Shown here: one piece after another, positions 1-8,980 of the stretch
Position numbering within the stretch: the first letter of the stretch is position 1
How the letters are laid out: every line of letters starts with the position of its first letter
Origin: Christensenellales bacterium
GTDB taxonomy: Bacteria > Bacillota > Clostridia > Christensenellales > UBA1750
Assembly (NCBI GenBank): GCA_050942895.1
Contig: JBMNOE010000002.1
Location: 130,710 to 194,709, forward strand
DNA: 64,000 bases
Reading direction: 5' to 3'
Translations under genes and position numbers: made by a program
Notes under the pieces: generated by a model
Database searches by the model: none
Seen by the model: the letters and a program-made list of their open reading frames with translations, nothing else
What the model was told of the DNA's origin: nothing

Positions 1-19
1 TGTTTTTTTCTTTCCCATA

Positions 20-333
20 TCAGCCACCTAACAGAAACAGACTTCGTCTGCTTCTGTTAGGTGGCTCTATCCGGGGGAAGGCTCCGCCTTCCCCCGGACC
101 CCCATCCGCAAGCCTTTGAAAAGGCTTGACCAAACTTTTACGACGCATTAAGATTCTTTGCCCGCGGGAGCAAGCAGCTTTCTTGCTGATAAGCCCCTTG
201 GGGAAGCGCCCTTGTATTGAGAAGGAAACCTTCTCAATACAAGCGTGATAAAGCAAAATGCCAGCGGCATTTTGCTTTATCATGCTTGCCAGCGCGAAGC
301 GCTGACAAGGGCGCGGGGTGGGCGGGCCCTCCC
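20..333. repeat. Array of seven consecutive, non-identical strong hairpins or palindromes. They lie at about 22-66 (20/21-bp stem, UUCG-type loop), 71-97, 110-129, 169-187, 211-243 (15-bp perfect stem), 246-282 (17-bp perfect stem) and 284-310.
   Basis: Direct reading of inverted repeats. Arms are perfect or near-perfect with 3-5 nt loops. The segment lies downstream of the minus-strand glycosyltransferase gene. Confidence 0.6.
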
Positions 334-366
334 AATGCCCATAACACAAATTCGAAATGCAAATAT

Positions 367-1290
367 TCATTCGTCCTCGCCAAAGCCGATGGTGCGCGAA
401 ATAATATAAAGCGGGCGGTTCATGACCTCCTCATATATGCGCCCTATGTATTCCCCAAGCACATACATGCTCACCATCAAAACCCCCGTAGCAAGCAATA
501 TCGCCGCCACGATATAGCTTCCTTCGCTCAGCTTCGTAATCATGCATACGATGAGCAGCACCAGCCCCGCCAGCAGCGAAAGCACTCCCCCCGATAAAAT
601 AAACCTTATCGGCTTTGTTGAAAAGGAATATATCCCGTCGAAAGCCAGCTTCAGCATCTTCTTTAAAGGATATTTTGTCGTTCCCGCAAAGCGCTTCTGG
701 CGCTCAAACTCATAAGGAACCTGCTTGAACCCCACCCAACTCACCATGCCCCGAAGGAAAGTGCCATGTTCATTCATTGATAAAATAGCGTCCTTCACAT
801 TACGGCCGATAAGCCTAAAGTCCCCTGTATCCGCGGGAATTTCTATGCCCGCCAGCATGTTCAGCACCCTGTAGAAGGCAAATGCGGTAAACTTTTTAAA
901 GACGCTCTCCCCTTCCCGGGATATCCGCTTGCCGTAAACCACGTCATAGCCTTCGCGCCACCTTTCCAGCATCCCCGGTATCACCTCCGGCGGATCCTGC
1001 AAATCAGCATCGATTATTACTACCGCATCTCCGCTCGCCTTTGAAAGCCCCGCCCTCACCGCCATCTGGTGACCGAAATTCTTTGCAAAGTCGATTATCT
1101 TCACATGCCCATCCCCCGCAGCCGCCTCCAAAAGCACATCCACCGTGCCATCGCGGGAACCGTCGTTGACGAATATCATCTCATAGTCCATATCCATCTC
1201 CGAAAGCACTGCGCTCAGCCGCTGATAGGTGTATGCGATTACTTCCTTTTCATTGTACATGGGCACCACAAGCGATAAAAGCATATGCAA
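367..1290 (-). CDS. Family 2 glycosyltransferase of the polyprenyl-phosphate sugar transferase type (dolichyl-phosphate mannosyltransferase, ArnC or GtrB-like), with C-terminal TM helices.
   Basis: N-terminal VVPMYNE...FVNDGSRDGT...DADLQDPP motifs typical of GT2, and a hydrophobic C-terminus. Confidence 0.8.
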   Translation of the reverse strand: MHMLLSLVVPMYNEKEVIAYTYQRLSAVLSEMDMDYEMIFVNDGSRDGTVDVLLEAAAGDGHVKIIDFAKNFGHQMAVRAGLSKASGDAVVIIDADLQDPPEVIPGMLERWREGYDVVYGKRISREGESVFKKFTAFAFYRVLNMLAGIEIPADTGDFRLIGRNVKDAILSMNEHGTFLRGMVSWVGFKQVPYEFERQKRFAGTTKYPLKKMLKLAFDGIYSFSTKPIRFILSGGVLSLLAGLVLLIVCMITKLSEGSYIVAAILLATGVLMVSMYVLGEYIGRIYEEVMNRPLYIISRTIGFGEDE

Positions 1291-1356
1291 ACCCTCTCTT
1301 TTCTTTTACTTGCTAACGCATATAAAATACATACGGACAGAACCGACAACGGAAAA

Positions 1357-1794
1357 CTATTTTGAGTCATCCTCAATAAAACGTATTTCCCCGGGCAGCA
1401 TCAGCCCCAACTGCTCCCGCGCGAAGCTTCTCACATAGTCATCCGTTTTCATGTAATTTAAAACTCTAAGCATCTCGTCATTAACCGCCTGTGCCTCCTC
1501 GATATCGCTCTTGAGAGCCTCCATCTCCGCCCGTTGCTTCGATATGCTCCCGTATTGGCTTAAAATCGACACCGCCCCTATAATTATCACAAACATGCAT
1601 GCCAGAAAAAACGCCAGCCTCCTGTAGCGTCTTCTCCTGGCGCTATTACCGCTCGTCCTATTTTGGGGCACAAGCTTTAGATCCGCTTTTTCTCTTCCTT
1701 CGCCTGATTTGGCCAAATCAATACCTCTTTTGCAGAAGGAGCAATAATAACGGTTTATTATTACTGCTTTCCTGATGAATATAATATACCACAT
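1357..1794 (-). CDS. divIC: Septum formation initiator (DivIC/FtsB family). The start codon is uncertain.
   Basis: Basic stretch RRRRYRR, one TM segment, a coiled coil and a C-terminal YVRSFAREQLGL...GE motif. Sits downstream of yabP-yabQ as in Bacillus. Confidence 0.65.
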   Translation of the reverse strand: MWYIIFIRKAVIINRYYCSFCKRGIDLAKSGEGREKADLKLVPQNRTSGNSARRRRYRRLAFFLACMFVIIIGAVSILSQYGSISKQRAEMEALKSDIEEAQAVNDEMLRVLNYMKTDDYVRSFAREQLGLMLPGEIRFIEDDSK

Positions 1795-1830
1795 TATAGT
1801 AATTTCTAAAAGGGTTCTTTATATCACTTC

Positions 1831-2199
1831 CTATTTGAGCATATTTTTCCCAAAAGAGGTAGACCTAAACCACTTCACCGCTCTTTTGAAAGCGCCGGAG
1901 ATTTTTTCAGTCATAAAATTCACTATGGGTGTTACCGCCGATTTGAACAGCAGATACCCGGCGCCGAATCCCAGGGCCATGTACAGCCTGATATCCCCGT
2001 CGTTTGCCAGCACGGATACGATGAGTATTATCGCCCCGGCCAGCATCCAAAACGAAATATCCGCCGCCGCGGTTATCAGCAGCCCCCTGCCCGCAGCCGA
2101 TCGCACAATTCCCATAAGATCGTAAACAAGGCCTATGGCAAGGCCTCCGTATATACATGCAAGAAAAACCGGCCACTGGCCTACCGATTCAAACAACAT
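1831..2199 (-). CDS. yabQ: Spore cortex biosynthesis membrane protein YabQ. Called from the internal Met; the longer ORF would overlap yabP.
   Basis: Small polytopic membrane protein immediately downstream of yabP. Conserved yabP-yabQ-divIC order. Confidence 0.6.
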   Translation of the reverse strand: MLFESVGQWPVFLACIYGGLAIGLVYDLMGIVRSAAGRGLLITAAADISFWMLAGAIILIVSVLANDGDIRLYMALGFGAGYLLFKSAVTPIVNFMTEKISGAFKRAVKWFRSTSFGKNMLK

Positions 2200-2203
2200 G
2201 GCC

Positions 2204-2500
2204 TTACTTAAACAGCCTGGACAGCATCCCGCCCTTGCCGGATGGGGAGTCGATATCGTCATATTCAATGGCGTAGATGAAGCCGTCCACCACCAGCAGC
2301 CCTTCCTCAAGGTTAAGCTTGGATATATGCAGATTCTGTCCGCTCAGTATTATCGCCCCGGACGACGTTATCATTACCACCTGTTCGTCGTTAAAGCTTT
2401 CCACGTCCTGTACGCCGCTGAAAACCGCCCTTTCGCGGTTGTCCAAGGCGACAGTGTGCTTTACCGGCCTGATGGCGCTCTGTTCGATCTCTTTGTTCAT
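2204..2500 (-). CDS. yabP: Sporulation protein YabP.
   Basis: 98 aa. Motifs VALDNRERAVFSGVQDV...EQVVMITSSGAIILSGQNLHISKLNLEEG are typical of YabP. Confidence 0.85.
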   Translation of the reverse strand: MNKEIEQSAIRPVKHTVALDNRERAVFSGVQDVESFNDEQVVMITSSGAIILSGQNLHISKLNLEEGLLVVDGFIYAIEYDDIDSPSGKGGMLSRLFK

Positions 2501-2627
2501 GAGCCTACCTCCTTTTACACAAACATATTCACTCCCCCCGGGGAATATTACATCCGCTCCCTTGCATTTCTTCTTGATTTCTGTTACTATTAACGTAACA
2601 AATAATTACGAACGCCGGTGATATAAA

Positions 2628-2999
2628 ATGAAAATTAAGGAGTCAGCAGAGAACTATTTGGAAGCCATTTACATGCTCAAAAAGAAAAACGGGCAAGTCC
2701 GCTCGATAGACGTAGCCACTCATCTGCAGTTTTCAAAGCCAAGCATCAGCTATGCCATGAAGCGCTTTCGCGAGGACGGCTACATCACCATGGACAAGGG
2801 CGGTCTCATCTCCCTTACTGAAAAGGGCACGGAGGTCGCCGAGCGGGTGTATGAACGCCACAGCCTCCTGAGCAAGTACCTGATAAGCCTCGGGGTGAGC
2901 GAGGAAACCGCCATCGAGGACGCCTGCAGGATGGAACATGTGATAAGCGAGGAAACATTTGAAAAGATGAAGGCCAGCGCCGCAATGCGCAATCTGTAG
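2628..2999 (+). CDS. DtxR/MntR-family metal-dependent transcriptional repressor.
   Basis: 123 aa with an N-terminal winged HTH (ENYLEAIYML...SIDVATHLQFSKPSISYAMKRF) and a metal-binding/dimerisation helix region. No SH3-like tail. Confidence 0.8.
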   Translation: MKIKESAENYLEAIYMLKKKNGQVRSIDVATHLQFSKPSISYAMKRFREDGYITMDKGGLISLTEKGTEVAERVYERHSLLSKYLISLGVSEETAIEDACRMEHVISEETFEKMKASAAMRNL

Positions 3000-3046
3000 A
3001 AAAAAGATAGCATTATATATTATATAAAGAAATACTAAAGAAAGAA

Positions 3047-3087
3047 GAGCCCCGGGCGAAGTATATTCACCGGGGCTTTTTATTTTT
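3047..3087 (+). terminator. Rho-independent terminator after the DtxR-family gene.
   Basis: Stem agccccgg/ccggggct followed by tttttattttt. Confidence 0.7.
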
Positions 3088-3180
3088 GCAGCACCACAGG
3101 ATATATGCGCCTTTTGCAAAACATAAAAGAAAAAGAAGCTCGTTCTCGTTAAAACAAGCTTCTTCCGGCCAAAGTTTTCG

Positions 3181-3219
3181 CAGGCCATCGGGGACTTGTC
3201 TCCCCCGCGCCCTGATTAA
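3181..3219 (-). other. Degenerate copy of the tRNA-Lys 3' half (acceptor arm, T-arm and the 3' side of the anticodon stem). Candidate distal att repeat.
   Basis: aggccatcggggact...cgccctgattaa matches 5589-5627 of the intact tRNA-Lys. 15 and 12 nt are exact and overall identity is about 80%. Same orientation as the tRNA. Confidence 0.55.
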
Positions 3220-3473
3220 AATTTATAAAATTTAGTTTCTTCGTTGCCTAAAGGCTGCCATCTGCTATGGATTTGCATATGATTGCATTTTCACACTTCA
3301 TATAGCTGCGCATATGTGCGTGGGGCGAATTGGCGCACTTCAACTGGCAGTCATGGGGTGCGCGCTGTATTCGTCCGAGGCAAAAAGACATCTCTCTTTC
3401 AAGAAACTGCCATGCAAAGGCTGTCTTCGGCGCGGCAGTAAGCATACCTCTTTTTTGTTTCACAGCATCTTCA

Positions 3474-3512
3474 GGTATGCTCTCTTACATTTTATTTCAA
3501 AATGTGGTATAA
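3474..3512 (+). promoter_or_regulatory. Sigma-A type promoter with an extended -10. It is TTACAT, 17 nt, TGgTATAAT, and lies upstream of the CarD-like gene.
   Basis: ctcTTACATtttatttcaaaatgTGgTATAATagt. Confidence 0.5.
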
Positions 3513-3678
3513 TAGTATTACGGCGTGTAGTTTTTGCAGGCGTAGATCCAGTTGTATGAACTGCGCTCTTTTTCTTATTTACCATTCTAGATTGCGTGCT
3601 CTGGTTTAAAAACGTCCAGCAAGCATTGCGCAAAAACATTGCCGAAAACACCACATCCGGTATAAGACAAAAGGGAAG

Positions 3679-4230
3679 TTGGAGGTGAAAAAAATATTTA
3701 AGATCGGAGATTTAATTGTTTATGGTGGCACCGGCGTTTGCCGGGTAACAGATATTTCAGTATGCGACATTTCGGGAAAATATGAAGACCAACTGTTCTA
3801 CACATTCCGTCCATTATGTCAGGATTGCATTATTTCCATTCCGGTAAATACCACAAAGGTTTTTATGCGGCCAATCATATCAAAGGATGAAGCGAACCGG
3901 CTAATCGATATGATACCGACGATTCAAGCAGAGGCTTACCACAACCCTATATCAAATGAGCTAATCAAGCATTATGAGACATTGCTAAATACCCACGATT
4001 GCATGGAGCTTATTGAGCTTGTTATGTCCCTTTATGCAAAGAAGCAATATATGAAAGAGAATAACCGTAAATTTGGAGCGGTAGACTCGCGGTTTATGAA
4101 ACGGGCGGAGGAATCGCTTTTTGGGGAATTTGCCGCTGCTCTTGAAATTCCGAAGGAGAGCGTGCCGGCCTATATTGCAGAGCGCATAGGCGAAGAAACA
4201 GGACTCGATTTAAATGAATCTGTAAAATAA
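3679..4230 (+). CDS. CarD/CdnL/TRCF-family protein (RNA-polymerase-interacting domain). It is encoded inside the low-GC islet. The start may be TTG at 3679 or GTG at 3685.
   Basis: N-terminal FKIGDLIVYGGTGVCRV resembles the CarD N-terminal Tudor-like domain. The surrounding DNA is visibly AT-richer than the flanks. Confidence 0.55.
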   Translation: MEVKKIFKIGDLIVYGGTGVCRVTDISVCDISGKYEDQLFYTFRPLCQDCIISIPVNTTKVFMRPIISKDEANRLIDMIPTIQAEAYHNPISNELIKHYETLLNTHDCMELIELVMSLYAKKQYMKENNRKFGAVDSRFMKRAEESLFGEFAAALEIPKESVPAYIAERIGEETGLDLNESVK

Positions 4231-4399
4231 AAATACGGCCATTGCCAGCTTTTGGGTGCTTAATCGCCAGAGGATCATTTATGACCATGTTTCATTTCCA
4301 TAAAAATGTAGCAAGAAGGAATTTCTTTTCTGTGAAATGCGCGGCCGATGTCAAAAAGCGCTCAGCCGGCGGCTGTAAATTAGTTTAGAATTTAATCAT

Positions 4400-4432
4400 A
4401 ACCCCCCTCACTTTGAAGGGGGGTTTTATCTA
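4400..4432 (+). terminator. Rho-independent terminator.
   Basis: aacccccct cactttga aggggggtt followed by ttatctat. Confidence 0.6.
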
Positions 4433-5470
4433 TATCTATAAGCGTTATTCGATATTGTAAATTGTCAGCTTTGCGGACCAAGTATATGACCATGTATAAG
4501 AACATCCATTGATTTAAGCAATACCCCATAGCGCAGAGCATACACCCCGCCCCATGCTAACCATTAAGATAAGCGATAGTGCAGCATATGCATACTGTTG
4601 AAGAATGCGCCAAGGCACCAAATACGGTTCTTATGCAGCGCTTGAAAGATATGCGCTGAATATCATATGAAGTTTTGCCGCCTGTTTTACTCAACCTTTG
4701 TGCTGCGCCTTATGATAGCAAAAGCCCTTTCACAACACCGAAAGCAGAAAGCCTTGGCAAGATAAAGCAACGCCGAAAACCCCCGGGGTATGGCGCAAGA
4801 ATATTGGCATCAGGCCTGCGATCATATCAAGTCATATGCATATATATGGGGGGGATTTGATCAAGCGCAAACGCCGTGTTCTAGTTACATGGTGGCTGTC
4901 CTAAACATTGGTAATGCGCCGATGATGCTTTCCATCGTTTCTCATATTAACGTCGTTTCCAGCCTGGAAGAAACGATACGGGCCAATAGAGCGGCACTCA
5001 CCATTATGGAGCGTGATAGGACTGCGAAATGATGCTGACCTTCATACGTTACTGTACGGTGGCTAACGCATATTAGGACTATTTTTCCGACAGAGGCTTT
5101 AGCGAGGGAAGACTTTACGGTATATCTTGCAGACCCTGCTCTTAAATCCATTGATATAGCTCCTAATAAAGCGGCGCGGTATTTCTTATATTCAAGCGCA
5201 TAGATTACATTGGGCAATGATTTAAAGATAGTGACCAAGTTGGACCGTAATGTTGCCGACAGAATAAAGCGGAAAGTCAAATGTTCGTTTGGAGGGCCTT
5301 TCATAGCGCGGCTTTAACCGCCATTCTTTGATTGATGTGCTTTCGGCAGGAGTGAGACGGCTATAGCCCCATGGAGGGCCTGACAGCGCCGATGCCGCCG
5401 GAAAGGCTGACTGCTGGCGGGGATGGGATTGATCCGATGCTTAGAGTGTTGCTTAACGCGCCATAAAGAA

Positions 5471-5515
5471 AGATAAAAAAATAAGGCTGCCATGCGGCGG
5501 CCTTATTTTTCTTTT
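5471..5515 (-). terminator. Bidirectional Rho-independent terminator downstream of tRNA-Lys.
   Basis: A-run, then aaggctgcc atgc ggcggcctt, then T-run. Confidence 0.65.
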
Positions 5516-5584
5516 CGTTTGACATCGATTCCGAAAACACCGTTGACGAAAATGAAATGGGGTGAGTTCGGATTTGAAATGCTA

Positions 5585-5660
5585 TGGTAGGCCATCGGGG
5601 ACTCGAACCCCGGACGCCCTGATTAAGAGTCAGGTGCTCTACCAACTGAGCTAATGACCC
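5585..5660 (-). tRNA. tRNA-Lys (anticodon CTT) with an encoded CCA.
   Basis: The reverse complement gggtcattagctcagttggtagagcacctgactCTTaatcagggcgtccggggttcgagtccccgatggcctacca folds as a cloverleaf. It has D-arm gctc/gagc, anticodon stem cctga/tcagg, a 7-nt loop cuCUUaa and T-arm cgggg TTCGAGT ccccg. Confidence 0.9.
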
Positions 5661-5893
5661 GCATACTTGGGACTGCGGCAGTGAATTTAGGCCGTGCATA
5701 GCCGTTTTAAGGGCATATGCATCTTCTTTCAGATTGCGCTGAAACCCTCCGGCCTCAAGTCACTGATTAGTATTATATCCAGTCTTTTACGCCTTGTCAA
5801 CCCTAAATGAAAAAAAGACGTAAAAAAACATGCTGTAAAATGCAGAACAAAACAGAGGGCAACCCCCGGTGCAGATCGGCAGGACAGCAGGAG

Positions 5894-6331
5894 TTAAATC
5901 ATGTAGTCCTCACAACCGCCCAACACCCGGCTGTCAAGCATGTCCTGCAAAGTGACGCTGTCCAGATATTCGTTTATAACTTTGCTCAGGCCCTGCCAAA
6001 CGGGCAGCGTGGCGCAGTCGCCGCTCCTTACGCATTTAACCGGATCATTCTCCAGGCAGGCCACCGGCGCAAGGCTGCCCTCCATTATCCTGAGTATGTC
6101 GCCCACGGTGTATTCGGCAGGCGGCTTGCTCAGCCGATATCCCCCCTGAAACCCGCGGCTGGCCCGCAAGATGCCGGCCTTGTTCAGTGAAGGAACTATC
6201 TGCTCCAAATATTTTTTTGAAACTCCCTGTCTTTCGGCTATGTCCTTAAGAGCGATATAGCCCTCGCTTTGGTTTTGCCCCAAGTCATAAAGCATCCTCA
6301 GCGCATATCTTCCTTTTGTCGATATCTTCAT
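5894..6331 (-). CDS. Rrf2-family transcriptional regulator, IscR/CymR-like, with three Cys as candidate Fe-S ligands.
   Basis: MKISTKGRYALRML...wHTH, and CLENDPVKCVRSGDC matches the CX(n)CX5C pattern of Fe-S Rrf2 proteins. The internal Met start was chosen. Confidence 0.8.
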   Translation of the reverse strand: MKISTKGRYALRMLYDLGQNQSEGYIALKDIAERQGVSKKYLEQIVPSLNKAGILRASRGFQGGYRLSKPPAEYTVGDILRIMEGSLAPVACLENDPVKCVRSGDCATLPVWQGLSKVINEYLDSVTLQDMLDSRVLGGCEDYMI

Positions 6332-6411
6332 TTTAGCACCTCGCTGTACCAAGATGATAACATATATCCGTGCGGCTTTCAATATCACCATTTATTTGCT
6401 GCTGTCCATTT

Positions 6412-7149
6412 TCACTCATAGCTGAAATATTCGTTTGCAAGCATCACCGAAACGCGATCTGCCTCATCATGCCTGAAGTGCTTCTTTGCAAACATGGAGT
6501 AATATTCCTTTCTGGTCACGATTATGTGATCGGCCAGCGCAATATCCAGCACATTCAAAGCCTGCTTAAGGCTGTTTGTGGCTTCGACATCCTCCTTGGA
6601 CGGCACAGTCACACCGGAGGGATGATTGTGGGTGAGAATCACCGCAGCGGCGCCGTTCCTTATGGCAATTTCCGCAATGTTTCTGGCATACAGCGGCGCT
6701 TGAGCAAAGTTCCCCCGTTGAATTATCTGGGCTCGTATCAGCTTCATGTCCGCCCCCAGGGAGAGCACTGCCACGCATTCTGTGCGCTCTGAGCCAATCA
6801 GCCGCATGCAAAATCTTCCCGCTGTGGCGGAGCTGCTCATTTTTTCCGCAAAAAAGTCCTCGTGCTTTAGATCCACATAGCGGACGCTCTCCTCCACCAG
6901 CTTTATCAGGGTGGCCGTGTTCGCACCCACGCCCTTGGCTCTTATGAGTTGGCCGTAGTCTGCCTGCAGCACTCCTCTCAGGCTTCCAAACTCCCTTATC
7001 AGGCTGTGAGCCAGGGGATTAACATCCCTTTGTGGTATTGAATACATCAATATAAGCTCCAGCACCTCGTGCTCGCTGAAGTTATCAAGTCCTTCGTTGC
7101 GGAATCTGTTTTTAAGGCGCTCTCTATGTCCTTTGTGAATGTTTTCCAT
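6412..7149 (-). CDS. radC: RadC-family JAB-domain protein (UPF0758).
   Basis: An HhH region followed by a JAMM motif (ILTHNHPSG). Confidence 0.8.
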   Translation of the reverse strand: MENIHKGHRERLKNRFRNEGLDNFSEHEVLELILMYSIPQRDVNPLAHSLIREFGSLRGVLQADYGQLIRAKGVGANTATLIKLVEESVRYVDLKHEDFFAEKMSSSATAGRFCMRLIGSERTECVAVLSLGADMKLIRAQIIQRGNFAQAPLYARNIAEIAIRNGAAAVILTHNHPSGVTVPSKEDVEATNSLKQALNVLDIALADHIIVTRKEYYSMFAKKHFRHDEADRVSVMLANEYFSYE

Positions 7150-7219
7150 TGCTTCACCCATTAGTATTCTATCAAAAAACGGCGCAGATGCAAGCACCCG
7201 CGCCGTATGCAGTTGGTTT

Positions 7220-7378
7220 TTATTTTTCCATGTTTGTCGGCGGCCTTTCCTGCGGGCCCGCCTACCCGCGCTTCCTGCGCAAATGCTAAACTTATTTTTC
7301 CATGTTTGTCGACGGCCTTCCCTGCAGGCCCGCCTACCCGCGTTTCCTGCGCAAATGCTAAGCTTATTTTTCCATGCC
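7220..7378. repeat. 72-bp tandem direct repeat. Two full copies lie at 7220-7291 and 7292-7363, and a partial third copy is the 3' end of the DUF4340 gene. Each full copy carries the palindrome gcgggcccgc.
   Basis: Period 72. The copies are about 92% identical. The unit begins ttatttttccatg, which is the MEK-stop end of the gene. Confidence 0.85.
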
Positions 7379-8980
7379 GTCGATGGCGGTGAGAATATTG
7401 GCCACCTTTTCCTTGCTCATGAAGAAATAGTAGTCTTCCGAGATGGTGGTTTTAACAGCATAATACAGTGACTTATACGGCACGTAGCTTACCACAAAAT
7501 CCTCCCAGTTTTGCTCATCCAGATATCGGAACGTGATCTTGCAGTATTCCGCGCCCTCGCTCAAGCCCTCTCTGTTCAACTTGCCGTCCTGGTCCAAGGG
7601 CAGCGCGCCCTCAACCGTTACGCCGATTATTGCCTGATACATGGTCCTGAACGCCTTTTCATCCTGAGCAACTCCGTTTATATAGTAGCTGTAAAGATAG
7701 TCCGTCTCCCCGTTGGACAAAAGCTTCACTTTGCCTTCTTCGTCATACTGAAGCTCCCGGTCGGTCACCATGTTAAATGTCTTTCCGTTTATTTCAACAT
7801 CCAAGCCTTTAAGGTCAACGATATTAACAAGGGATGCGAATATGGACGAAAACGTGAACGCCTTTGCATCCAGCACCTGTTGGGCATATGATGCGGCTAT
7901 TGTGAACACATCGCCGGGTATCTGGGGAGACCAGGCAAAGTAATCAGAGCTGGAATACTTGCTTCCTATCAGCAGCTCAAGGGCGGCGCCATCGGTATCC
8001 TCCAGATAAAGCCTCGCGGGTTTGTCCTCCGGTGAGAGGCCGTATTGGGATAGATCATCCGCCGGGCCGATATAGCTTTTTATTGCTATGCTTCCCATGG
8101 AGGAGATGAATGTGGATAGATATTCCGTGTCGGCGTCCACAGTATAGGGCTTGCTTAAATGCCAGTTTGCAAGGCCGGGGGAACGCGCTCCCTCCTCATA
8201 GGGCTTAATCTCAATAACGCCGCTGCTGTTTTCCACCACCAGCAAAGCCGGAGACTCAACGTCGGGCATCGTCAGCGACGAGCTCTTTCTCATAGTGGTG
8301 TAGTCAGAGGTCATGTAGTTGCCCACGTTCGCCCACACCAGAAATATTTCGTCCCTGCCTTCGGCCATAAAGTACCATGTGTTCGCCGTGGGCGATTTGC
8401 TGCCCAGGTAATATGTTCCCTCCTCGCCATCGGTATAGCTCACTTTTGCAGTGGCAAGAGGCGGCTCAAAGCCGAACTCCGCCTTGCGGGAACTGTTATC
8501 CTCCACAGTGTCCTCTGTGGTAAGGGCCGCAAACACATAGAGTATGGAGCCGGCGCTGGTCTGGTTCAGGGGGAAGTCCGGGTCGCTCTCGACATATATC
8601 TGCCCCTCGGCGTCCATAATATAAACCGTCGTCTTGCCATCATGGCTTAACTCCACCCTGGAAACATCATCTTTCACCCTCTGGGACAATGTCACCGGCC
8701 GCTTATTGTCAACTATCTCTGTGGGCTCCTCCGGCCCGGGCATAAGAGCCTGGGCAAGGAAGAAGATACCCACCCCAAGGGCGCAGATGATCAAAGCTAT
8801 CAGCAGCACTTTGCCCCTGTTGGTTTTCTTGATCTCTTTGTCGCCCCGCAGATCCTTTGACGAAGCCAGACGATACACCGGATCGCCGCTTTCGGTTTCG
8901 TTTTTTACATCATCTTTTATATCGCTTTTTATGTCGTTGTCAAGTTCGCCTTCTTCGGCGCGCCTGTTCTCCTCGTTCAT
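7364..8980 (-). CDS. DUF4340-domain protein. It is the fourth gene of the GldG-type ABC module and has an N-terminal TM anchor and an acidic low-complexity head.
   Basis: 538 aa. Its position immediately downstream of the GldG-like gene and its general composition match DUF4340 partners. Confidence 0.5.
   Translation of the reverse strand: MNEENRRAEEGELDNDIKSDIKDDVKNETESGDPVYRLASSKDLRGDKEIKKTNRGKVLLIALIICALGVGIFFLAQALMPGPEEPTEIVDNKRPVTLSQRVKDDVSRVELSHDGKTTVYIMDAEGQIYVESDPDFPLNQTSAGSILYVFAALTTEDTVEDNSSRKAEFGFEPPLATAKVSYTDGEEGTYYLGSKSPTANTWYFMAEGRDEIFLVWANVGNYMTSDYTTMRKSSSLTMPDVESPALLVVENSSGVIEIKPYEEGARSPGLANWHLSKPYTVDADTEYLSTFISSMGSIAIKSYIGPADDLSQYGLSPEDKPARLYLEDTDGAALELLIGSKYSSSDYFAWSPQIPGDVFTIAASYAQQVLDAKAFTFSSIFASLVNIVDLKGLDVEINGKTFNMVTDRELQYDEEGKVKLLSNGETDYLYSYYINGVAQDEKAFRTMYQAIIGVTVEGALPLDQDGKLNREGLSEGAEYCKITFRYLDEQNWEDFVVSYVPYKSLYYAVKTTISEDYYFFMSKEKVANILTAIDGMEK

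Noticed and set aside
5361-5699. 112-aa ORF on the minus strand.
   Set aside because: It overlaps the tRNA-Lys gene and its terminator. It has no RBS and the composition is driven by RNA structure, so it is spurious.
7139-7471. 110-aa ORF with an internal peptide repeat, FFHVCRRP.LQARLPA.PAQML.
   Set aside because: The repeat is simply the translation of the 72-bp DNA tandem repeat in an intergenic region. There is no RBS and it overlaps the radC start.
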